The notes below the pieces were generated by a model, which had not been told where the DNA came from, made no database searches, and saw only the letters and a list, made by a program, of their open reading frames with translations. This document shows, one piece after another, positions 49,736-60,800 of a DNA stretch of 64,000 nt. This stretch comes from Selaginella moellendorffii (Eukaryota > Plantae > Lycopodiophyta), in contig NW_003314271.1 in NCBI RefSeq assembly GCF_000143415.4, forward strand, positions 1,780,806-1,844,805, given 5' to 3'. A program made the translations under genes and the position numbers. Each line of letters begins with the position of its first letter. Position 1 is the first letter of the stretch.

Positions 49736-52700
49736 ACTCCCACGTGTCATGTGTTGGTCCTTTTGGGTCCCTTTTTGGAGCCTCGCTTTTTGCTCGCTTC
49801 GTGCTCGTTCCTCGAGCCCTTCTTTGGGAGTTCCACTCCCGCTCTTGACTTTTCAAGTCGGAGCTTTTGGTCCAACCGTGTTACGCTCGTTTGGCTCTCG
49901 CTTCAGCCACTACCACGTGGCACCCTTTCCGGCTCCACTTTGGGGGCTAGGGATTTTGTGTCTCACAACTCCACCACCCATAGACGAAGTTCGATGTCCT
50001 CATCGAACGGTAAACCCTTTCATAAAGTAACACCCACACGTGTTACCATTTCCATCCTTGGCACCTAGTCAATCTTTGTCTATGGTTTGACACCAAAGGC
50101 TCACCATGCCTTGTCCATCCTTTAAGGAGCGTAGTCTTTCCAACTTAGAGACTGATTGGACCACATGTAATGGTTCTCTCCTTTTATTGGTTTAGTGCTC
50201 GCTAAACCTCTTAGAGACCCTTCTCTAAGTCAATCCCACTACTCCTTCTCGAGTAGTCTCAATTTCCATCGATATAACCTCCGCACTTTGGAACTTTGAA
50301 GTTTGACTCCTTGGAGTCAATTTCCTAGGTGTCTCCGACACCTTGCCTTGCACCTTTTGTGCAACTCCACTTCCCTTCCTAGAAAGTTCTCTACTCGAGG
50401 GCACCATCATCCTCTCTTCTATTTCGTGCCAAAGTTCCAGTTATCATACTTTGTGCTAGGGCTGTTCATGGCCCTATCATTTGGCTACCTTACCGCTCCC
50501 TCCCTTGGAGCTTCCACTTTTGCCAAACCGGAGCATTTCGGAATCCCTCCTTGGAAACACACTTCCTTTCCCGCAACTTGTTAGCGTCCAACACATTAGT
50601 GTTCCTCGCCTAACTTTGTCACTTGGATTCCCCCCAAGGGATTCCACGGCCCTATCTTGGCCACTCATCTTTTGCTCCTATCCATTGATTGTTGCACCAA
50701 GCAACATCGAATCTCTACCTCCCTCCTTGAGGTATTGTTTCGGTTCCATAGCAAAGACTCTTCTTTGCCAAGTCCGGAGGATGTTCACCCCTAGTACGTC
50801 TCTTTAGCATCTTCTGCTATGGGCTCTATCCACGGCACAACTTCGTGACCCTCCCATGGGTCTTTTATAGAGACTACTTTCCTCGGACTCACTATGCCAT
50901 CTCACGGACATAGTTTATTCCCCTTAGGTGCTCTTCCCACTTGGTTATCACGACCAAGCCACATCACCTTAAACAGTTCAATTTCAACATTTTGAACCAG
51001 GAACTTCATTCCTTAGCCAACCAAGGACCTTGTCCTTATCTGGCCATAAGATCACCTAGTGATCTCACCTTGGCACCTTAACAGAGTTGCCAAGAGGTAC
51101 TTGGTCTTCTAGACCTCCAAGTTGTTGACTATAACCCCGGGGGCATCCCCCACACTTGGCGGTGCACCCAAGCTAGCCCTTACGGCCAAGGGTTCATAGC
51201 AACTGAGATTAGGTGTCCCCATCTCACTCACCACGACCTTGGTGCCACTTGCACCAAAGCGTTCAAGTTAGATATGCTGAGCTTTCACACTAAGCAATCT
51301 AAACGTGCATCACGACTCCGAGGCATCCCTCGCTTGGCGGTGTGCCCAAACCAGTCTCCCCACTGAGAGTCCATGACCACCGAAATATGAGTGTCCTCAT
51401 ATTCCAAACCATCACCACGCCCTAGTGATTTGGGACTCGAACCCAAGCACTAGAGGGTCGGGACTCGAACCCAACCTCCGTATATGCATCTACAGACGGC
51501 ATCACACTAGATGCCTGGCGTGACTCCCCACGCCGGTGCACCAACCTATTTTTAAAGTGCGCTACAGATCACAGCTTAGGAACCTAGTTCCTCCACACTG
51601 CCAAGTCCTCTCACTTGACATGTCTGTGATCATGCATGGACTCCTCCATGCTCGGCCCCATGGCCCACCCCTTTTGAAGTTATCACCTTCAACTAGGGTC
51701 TTTGTTCCCCCGACGTGCCAATCTCACTTGGCAAGTCCTCCGACCATTGTAACATGGTTCCTGCATAAGCGTGAAAGTCCTTGACCATCGACTTTTGTTC
51801 AAAGCCCTCTCTTTGAACACTCGGGAACTACTTCCCTAACCTTGATAACCTTGCCTCATGGCAAGCTTCAAGACCACGCTTCTGCTGCGCCACTCTGATT
51901 TCGCGCGTTCCATAAACCATTTACACTTGGCCTTTCTAGGTACTACGCTACCTAGAATCGTCTTTGGGAACCTTGAAGGAACTCTGTCCCTCAGCTTGCT
52001 AAGGCCTCCCCTTTCGCAAGCTTTATAGTTGCCATATAGTCTAACATGGACAATTCCATATTTTAGACTCTCCATGGCATCACGGTTGCTAGCAACAACA
52101 TCCTCGAGCACCCTCTTGCTTCTCCACTCCCAACTTTCATAACCACTGTTGGATATGTCCTTTGATTTCTATGGTTCAATTCCATCCCAATACTACTTGC
52201 CTTTGGCTTCACACCTTTCCTTCGGTCATTCTCCTCCAGACCAGGAGGATAGCTTTGCACTTTCTATCATGCCTTAGCAAGTATTCTTAGGGATGAACCT
52301 ACCCAATAGCCCAGGGAGTGGTTCCTCAATCCGGGTATGCTCAGCTTATAATCCCACACACTGGGATTACATTGTTGCTTATGGGCCTTTACATGCCCAT
52401 CACTAGCCTTGCCAAAATTCCATTTTTGGCTTTGTCCAACTCGGGTAGACAGTCCTCTCCTGTCTCCGCAACCTTGGACATTTGGATAGCACCTTCTATC
52501 CATCATTCGCTAGGGACTTAGTCCCTTGGGCTTTATCCATTGCCCTCGCGACATTAAACACCACCTTCTGGTGTTCTAGAGTGTTCGGGTGTCCCAATGA
52601 TGGCTTTCTTGACAATGAGTATTTCCTTTTATGACATTGACTTACTATATCGCAACATAAGCAGCTTATCCCCCGTAAGGGTATATCCGACTTCCCTATA

Positions 52701-55020
52701 TTAGAAGTCTTGGGTAGCTACCTTCTACCCGTTTAACCAGTTATTTTGCACCTCTTGCTTAGTTGCCTCATAGTTGTCAAGTCCTACAACTCATTGCTTG
52801 GTGCTTGCACACCTCCATCATTATCTGGGTCACCGCACTCCAACTGCATGCTCTGCCGCTTAGGCTATGCCATTCCCATTTCCATTGGAATTCCTTTGGC
52901 AAGGGGTTCTTATGAACCCACCAACATAGCCTCAAGGTATCACACCTTGGCACATTTGGTGTCTCCACACCATCAACTCCACGAGCCTACCTCTATGACA
53001 CTTCCCCTTCGTGTTTAAGTCTTTGCCAAGACCAACACCGCTCTTTCTCATGCCAACCATCCGTTAGCACTACACCATAGAGGTCACACACAACTTTGTG
53101 TCAAAGTTGTTTTCTTCTGGGAACACCTTTCCCATAACTTTAGCATGGCACATTTTGCCATTGATGAGATACTCTTTGTTCTCATCCTTGGATTCTATGA
53201 TCCCCCCCCATCCTTTGTGGGGTACAACTCACCTCAGTCCAAATGCTTCTATCAGTCCTTTTAGGACCATCCCTTGACTCTACTTGAGTCATCTAGCAGT
53301 TTTGGACTTGGTTAATCCACCGACCCGTAAGGTCCTACTTGTGAGGCACTAGCTCACCGGAATACAATTCTTGCATTCCTGTCCTACTCAAAAGGACTAT
53401 TTTCACAAGTGTTACTCTGACACTTGATTTTGTTCTCTGGGGCCAAACTTTGCCCCTTAGGACTACTTGTCCATGTGATGAGAATACCAACTCATCCACT
53501 TAATACACCCCCAACTCCTTGGGTTGTTCCAGGATTTATTAGAGGTAGCCCCGGCTACCATTTCGAGGACTCGTGTCCTCATCCATACTTGACCTCTCAC
53601 GGTCATCCATTCCGGTCTCACCTTCATGAGCACCAGCCTCCACCATGTGAGGATAAACTTGTGACTCCTTTATTGTTTTTGGAGTCTCTATCTTCCCCGT
53701 GATCCCAACTATAGTTGTTTACCCCAACTACATTAGCCCGTTTGCTGAGTCAAACGCTCATCTGGATCACCTCCTCAACTCAATGAGGAAAACCTTGCAC
53801 TGTTCCCAAGATCCCAAAGTCGTTCCATTATTGGCCCCTTTTCTATCCACCACCTTGTCTACAAGTTCACACATGAACTGTAATGGAGAGCCATGTCTTC
53901 CCGACCTGCTACTCCTCAAGGATAGGCCCACTTCTCGGACCTTCCATTACCAACACCAGTGGTGATATACTTGAGCACCAATAAAAGTCGGACGAAGGAA
54001 TAGCTCCGATACCAAGTTGTAAGCGACTAATTTTTCCGTTCTACTTTAGTCACCTAACCACACCTCCAACCACTTAGAGGAGTCTCATTCACAACCTCCA
54101 TAAGTCCAATTTAGGACTTGGGACTTGCTAGCCCCAAGAATGGCATCCATGCCACTCCACACTTGCACCTGGTCCAAGTGCTCCACGTGTCTGGTCCCAA
54201 GACCGACACCCAAAGGTACCACTGACATCTCGGCCCGTTACGCTAAGGCCATGCCCATTCACCTTTGCTGCACTAGTGATCCAATACCACTTGCATCACC
54301 ATCCCGTCTCTCCAAGACTGGGCCATCTGTCCACGAGTGGTCATCCTGGATCCACTCCTTAGCATCCTTAGGATGCCCACAGACCTGGGGAATTGCCTTC
54401 CCGAAAGTTCCTTTGTCAGTTCCTACCAAGTCCCTTTCTGCCCCTAGCCGTGTTTGCCAACACTGCCATTGGATCGAGGCCCACAGGCCCGACCACTAAG
54501 TCCCATGGTCCTCTGGGACTTCTTCACCACACGACTGTGTCCTTGGTCACTACCCCAGAGGACTGCTCCTCTTCCTTTCCACAGTCTAGGCCTTTGGGAC
54601 AACATTTCGGAACACCGTGGCCTTACGCGAGCCACCTGGGTACTCTCCCCGCCTTTCGCCTTTAGGTGCTCTAGCCATGGGCTTAGAGCGAGGTTCCGTT
54701 GAGCCACGCCTGGTATCCAAGTAGGTAGTGCCACCCACACTTGGACTGGGAGCATCGGCCAGTCGATCTCCCGGGGGAACTAGAGCCGGCTCTTGAACAC
54801 TTCACCAAGCTACCCCGCTTGTCGGTCCGTATTCACTCTAGTCTTGGACTTCCCAGTGGTCAGTTCATCACCCAACACTGGGTCTGGCCTTCCTGGGCCA
54901 AACTGGCCTTTCCTGGCCAAACTGGCTCCACTGCAGTCCTCCCCCTACTATACTTTTGGAGCTCACCAAACCCCCCAGGGTCTGGGAGACGAACGCTTTG
55001 GGCTTTCACCCTCTCAGGCT

Positions 55021-55588
55021 CCGGACTCGGACTCGGACTCGGACTCGGACTCGGACTCGGACTCGGACTCGGATTCGGACTCGGACTCGGGCTCGGGCTC
55101 GGTCTCGGCCTCGGCCTCGGTCTCGGTCTCGGTCCCGATCTCGGTCTCGCTCTCGGTCTCGGTCTCGGTCCCGGTCTCGGTCTCGACTTCGGACTCCATC
55201 TCGGACTCCATCTCGGACTCCATCTTGGACTCCATCTCGGGTCCATCTCGGACTCCATTTCGGGTCCATCTCGGGTCCATCTCGGACTCCATCTCGGACT
55301 CCATCTCGGACTCCATCTCGGGTCCATCTCGGACTCCATCTCGGACTCCATCTCGGGTCCATCTCGGACTCCACCTCAGACTCCAACTCGGGTCCATCTC
55401 GGGTCCACCTCGGACTCCACTTCGGACTCTATCTCGGGTCCATCTCGGGTCCACCTCGGACTCCACTTCGGACTCCACTTCGGACTTCAACTCGGGTCCA
55501 TCTCGGACTCCACTTCGGACTTCAACTCGGGTCCATCTCGGACTCCAACTCGGGTCCATCTCGGACTCCAACTCGAGTCCATCTCGGA
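55021..55588. repeat. Same tandem array in element C 5' LTR with different unit counts
   Basis: Seen directly; LTR lengths are 1804 vs 1774 bp. Confidence 0.92.
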
Positions 55589-57811
55589 CACTCCCACGTG
55601 TCATGTGTTGGTCCTTTTGGGTCCCTTTTTGGAGCCTCGCTTTTTGCTCGCTTCGTGCTCGTTCCTCGAGCCCTTCTTTGGGAGTTCCACTCCCGCTCTT
55701 GACTTTTCAAGTCGGAGCTTTTGGTCCAACCGTGTTACGCTCGTTTGGCTCTCGCTTCAGCCACTACCACGTGGCACCCTTTCCGGCTCCACTTTGGGGG
55801 CTAGGGATTTTGTGTCTCACAGTATATATACAATTGCATTTGGTGTGAAACTCATAATACTCCCCCTCATGCTGCGGAAAGACGGTTAGAGTTAATTGCA
55901 ATTGCTTATTCATTTGAGTTGGTGATGTTTGATTTAATAAGGCCTTTTTCACAGTTGACTATTAGCAATGAGTATGTAATTATTGCTTTTGACTACTTGA
56001 CTCATTGGGTGGAAGTTGATGCTCTTACTAGTGCATCTACAACTGCTATTAGATACTTCCTCCTCAATTGAGTAGTGTTTTAGCATTCATGTGCGGAATG
56101 AATTCTTTCGGATAATAGTCCCACATTTATGGCTAAGGCTTTTCACATTTTAACATCTCTGTTGGGGATACGTCACACTTTCATAAGTACTTATCATCCA
56201 CAATTAGATAGTTTGGTGGAATAGCTCATTCAAACCTTCAAAGGGATGATTGCAAAGTATTGTAAGCCACAAATTTTTCCTTTCCAATTTGCCAGCTTAC
56301 CTCGCCTATCCGACCAACTCCGCCTTGGCTTGTGCTAAGTTCCCTCGCCAAGGTTCTCGCCTATGGTGCCAGCTCCTACTTGGTTTCAACTACTTACTGC
56401 ACGAGCAACGGAGTGTTAGCCATCCATCTACGGATTCCCAAATCTCTCCCAATCCCCCTCCCCGGGTTAGACTGGACTTAAGGTTCGGCTACACTCCCCG
56501 CAGGCACAAGCAGCCAAGCACACCAAGCCTCCAGATTCCTAACACCCCAAGGTATCACAAGGCTTGATCATGGGACCCTCTAAATCCCAAGCCTTGGGTG
56601 CAGCACTTGCTTCGGGACGTCGGGGTGAAACACCGTGGCCTAACGGCCCGGTATGGGTACCTCTACCCCCCCTCTTCCATCCCGAAGGAAAGGCCCAAGC
56701 CCCCGGAAGGGCGAGGACCAATGAGCCACAAGGTACTCAAGTGGGGCACCACTCCACCTGAGCCGGGAGCACCGCAATCGGTTTCCCTTTCGGGAGTGGG
56801 AGCTGCTCTTGAGCACTTCCTTGGATGGCCCCTCCGGCACCAGCCAAGTCCATGCTCACTCCCACCCAAGGCCCCTCGGTCCCAGTCCCAACCTCAAGTC
56901 GGTTTGGAAGCCCAACTGGAGAGTCCCTTCTAAACTGGTTCCTGGACCTCACTATCCCTACTATACTTTTGGAACCCCCTGCAGCCCCCCCCCCCTGGGA
57001 GACGCACGCTTTGGGCTTTCACCCCTTGACCCGTATTAGTATTTGGACTTAGTCTCTGGCTCGATCTCGGACCCGATTTCGGATCCGACTTCGGATTCGG
57101 GTTCGGACTCGATCACGGACTTGATCTCGGACCCGATCTCGGACCCGACCTCGGACTCGACCTCGGACTCGGTCTCGGACCCGATTTCGGATCCGGACTC
57201 CGTCTCGAACTCGGTCTCGAACTCGGACTCGAACTCGGTCCCCGAGTCGGTCTCGGATTCGATTCCGGACTCTACCTCGAACTCGGTCCTAGAGTCGGTC
57301 TTGGACTCGATCCTCGACTTGGTCCCATCCGATGAACTCTTTGTCACTTCGGTCAAGCTTTTGGGGATCCTTTAGCCTACGACATCTCGGGGAGTCGGTT
57401 CCTTACAACTCCACCACCCATAGAAGAAGTTCGATGCCCACATCGAACGTCTCGTTTTATCCTACAACTTGTTGTCCATGTCTCCGGGGGCATCCCCCCA
57501 CTTAGCGGTGTGCCTAAGTTAGCCTCCCCGGCCAAGAGCCCATGACAACGGAATATAGGTGTCCCTATATTCCTCACCTCACCACGCCCTAGTATAGGGT
57601 CGGGACTTGAACCCAGCCTTGCTTTACTAGGGGGTTGGGACTCGAACCCAACCTCCGTAGAATACGTCTACGGATTCGACATCCCCGCAGGGAGTCGGGC
57701 GTAGTGCCCTACGCCTGGTCGACCTATCCAACCCATGCTAATTAGCTTACCTTTGGCGCGCCTTCGGGTCCCAACATATGCCATTTGCTCAACTTTGCAA
57801 ATTGATATTTT

Positions 57812-60800
57812 TTAATTGAATTTTGCATAAGTACATAAAGTTCTGCCTTGCAGAAATTCCTCCACTAGATCTCGTGCGTTCGCTAGGTTCTCCTCCGGTT
57901 CCCATGTTGCTTCGCAGTGTGGAAATCCTTTCCACTTCACATGGAACTCTCTCACCTCGCGTCCTTGTCGCTTGCTCTTGCGCGCATTGAGGATGGCCTC
58001 GACTTCGTATTCCTCTTCCCCTTGGATAACCTCAGGTAAAGGTCTCACTTGGTCCTTGCGAAGCGGATCCTCAAAGTACGGCTTGAGTAAGTTCACGTGG
58101 AACACTGGGTGCATCTTCCCCATCTCTCGAGGAAGTCGGAGTCGGTAAGCCACTTTACCGATTCGTGCCTCAATTTCATAAGGCCCCGCGAACCTGCTTA
58201 AGGAACTCAAGATCAATTCATTTACAGGAATACATGCGTCTTTACCTTTGGGTCAACTTTCGGCTGATCCAGCTTGGTAGTCTGAGGTTCTTGGTGTTCA
58301 GCCACACCTTCTCCCCAGCTTGGAACTCCACATCCCGACGCTTTTGGTTCGCGTACTTAGTTTGCCTTTGTTGAGCCCGTTCCAAGGAATCCCTCACTAG
58401 ATTCCAAATGTTGAGTCTTTCCGCCGTGAATGCCTCCACTGCGGGTAACTCTCCATGATACTCGGCCACGCCGAGTTCCACAGGACCTTCAATAGCTCGC
58501 CCATTGATGACTTCCCATGGACTCACCCCGATGCTTGAGTGTGGTGAGTTGTTATAACACATTTCCGCAAGTCCCAAATGACTTACCCAGTCGGTCTGGT
58601 CTCCCGAGACATAGCATCGCAAATAATCCTCCAGCTGCCTATTCACCCTTTCCGTTTGTCCGTCTGTCAAGAAGTGTTAGTGCCATCAATCTTGACTTAA
58701 TACCCATTACCTGTCTGTGGGTGATAGGCTGTGCTGAATTTCAATTTGGTGCGATACTGTTCTAGGAGTGTCCTCCAGAACCTACTAGTGAAGATCTTAT
58801 CTCGATCTGAGATAATCTCTTCCGGCCTTCCCCGCACTCGAACCACTTGTTCAAAGAACAGCTTCGCCACACCTTCCGCATCCACGTCCGTTGTGGTGGG
58901 TATGAAATGTGCCATCTTTGAAAATCGGTCCACCACCACGAATATCGCATCAAACCCCTCGCTTGGGGGTAGTCCCGTGATGAAGTCCATCGTAAGACAT
59001 TTCCACGGGCGATCTGGAATTGGGATGCTTTGCAACAAGCCCCCACTAGCCTTAGTCACGGCTTTGACCTGCTGACATGTTGGACATGTCTTTACATAGT
59101 CTTTGACGTCCTTAGCCATATCTGGCCAATGGTACTTCCTCTTGAGTAAGCCCATCGTCTTGGGCACTCCGCCGTGTCCCGCAAGAGGTCCGTCATGACA
59201 CTCTTCTAAGGCCACCTTCCTTAGTTCCCCTTCTGGAACATACACCCTCGTTTGCTTGTAATAAATGAGTCCGTTGCGTTCCGCATAGCCCGTTTTCTCT
59301 TCCGTTGGCAGCTCACCTCTCTGGTGAGCTTCCCGCGCCTCTAGATTCCTCAGCAACACTTCTTGTGCTAGACCATCGTTCTCATATGCTGTCCGCACAT
59401 CGTCCCAGAAGGTTGCTGTTGCGCTGGATATTGCCAACTTCAAGCTCGCTTTTCGACTTAGCGCATCCGCCACGATGTTGCTCTTCCCAGGCTTGTACAG
59501 AATTTCGCAATCAAACTCGGCCAAGGCATTGGCCCACCGACCTTGTTTCCCTCTTAGGTCGGGCTGTGACAAGAAGTGTTTCGTTGCCACATTGTCCGTG
59601 TAAACCTTGAAGTGTCTCCCAAGGTAGTGTCGCCACTCCTTGAGTGCCTTGACCACCGCAAACAATTCCTTCTCATGGGCAGGCCACTTCCGTTGAGCCT
59701 TGTCCAGCTTCTTCGAGAAGAACGCTACCGGATGGTTGTCTTGCTTCAGAACTGCGCCCAACGCAAAGTCCGAAGCATCCGTTTCTACCTCAAAGTCCTT
59801 ACCAAAGTCTGGCAATGCCAATACGGGAGCCTTCCTCAACTTCCCTTTGAGGTGGACGAATGCCGCCTCGCATTCTGCTGTCCATACCATCTTCCCTTTT
59901 CCTGTTTGGTCCGTTAAGGGCAGGGCTACTCTCGAATAGTGTCTGATAAACTTTCGATAGTAGTTGCATAGCCCCAGGAACGCCCTCAACTCATGTACAT
60001 TCGATGGTCGCTCCCATTCCTGGATCGCTTGGACCTTCTCCGGGTCCACCTTGAGCCCGTCTTGGCCCACCACATGCCCGAGAAACTTTACCTCTTGTTG
60101 AGCAAAGTCACATTTGCTCTCTTTAGCATATAGCTTGTGTTCCCTTAGTTTCTCAAACACCTTCGCCAAGTGTTCGGCATGCTCTTCTAGCGTCTCGCTA
60201 TAGATCAGGATGTCGTCGATATAGACGACCACGAAGTGATCCAGATAGGGTACAAAGACGTGGTTCATTAGCGCCGAAAACGTTGCCGGCGCATTACATA
60301 GCCCGAAGGGCATCACCAGAAACTCAAAGCTCCCATACCTCGTTCGACAGGTTGTCTTCTCGACATCTTCCTCGGCTACCCTGATCTGGTAGTATCCTGA
60401 CCTTAGGTCAATCCTCGAGAAGTATTTTGCCTTTCCCAACCTATCGAACAGGTCCTCAATCCTAGGCAAAGGGTACTTGTTCTTCTTTGTATACTTGTTG
60501 AGCAAGCGGTAGTCTATGCACATGCGCATAGATCCATCTTTCTTTTTCACAAATAACACGGGCGCCCCATACGGCGACTTGCTCAACCTAACATACCCTT
60601 TGTCCACCAACTCCTCTAGTTGGCACTTGAGCTCCTTGAGTTCTTTTTCGTTCAAACGATAAGGGGGACGAACCACTGCCTCAGCACCCTCGACCAGCTC
60701 AATCTTATGTTCTATTGGTCGTGCTGGGGGCAGCCCCGCCGGTAGCTCCTCCGGCATGGTATCCTGGAATTGGTCCAACACCCGCTGGATCACTAAAGGC

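Larger units (their letters stand above)
48194..55821 (-). mobile_element. Element C: young non-autonomous LTR element (LARD-like) with a 4.05 kb non-coding interior
   Basis: LTRs 48194-49967 and 54018-55821 (TG...CA); TSD GTATA (48189-48193, 55822-55826); PBS TGGTATCGGAGC (54003-54014); PPT next to 49968; no recognisable gag/pol ORF. Confidence 0.92.

Noticed and set aside
48917-50068. Long SDSD/GLGL/RTRT/ESEM ORFs (also 54741-55889, 57036-57375, 63420-63759) resembling SD-repeat adhesins or SR proteins
   Set aside because: They are stop-free translations of LTR tandem repeats, open in nearly all frames and duplicated with the LTRs.
57597-57656. tRNA gene or SINE
   Set aside because: Only T-arm-like hairpins are present; I could not find an A-box, D-arm, anticodon arm or acceptor stem.
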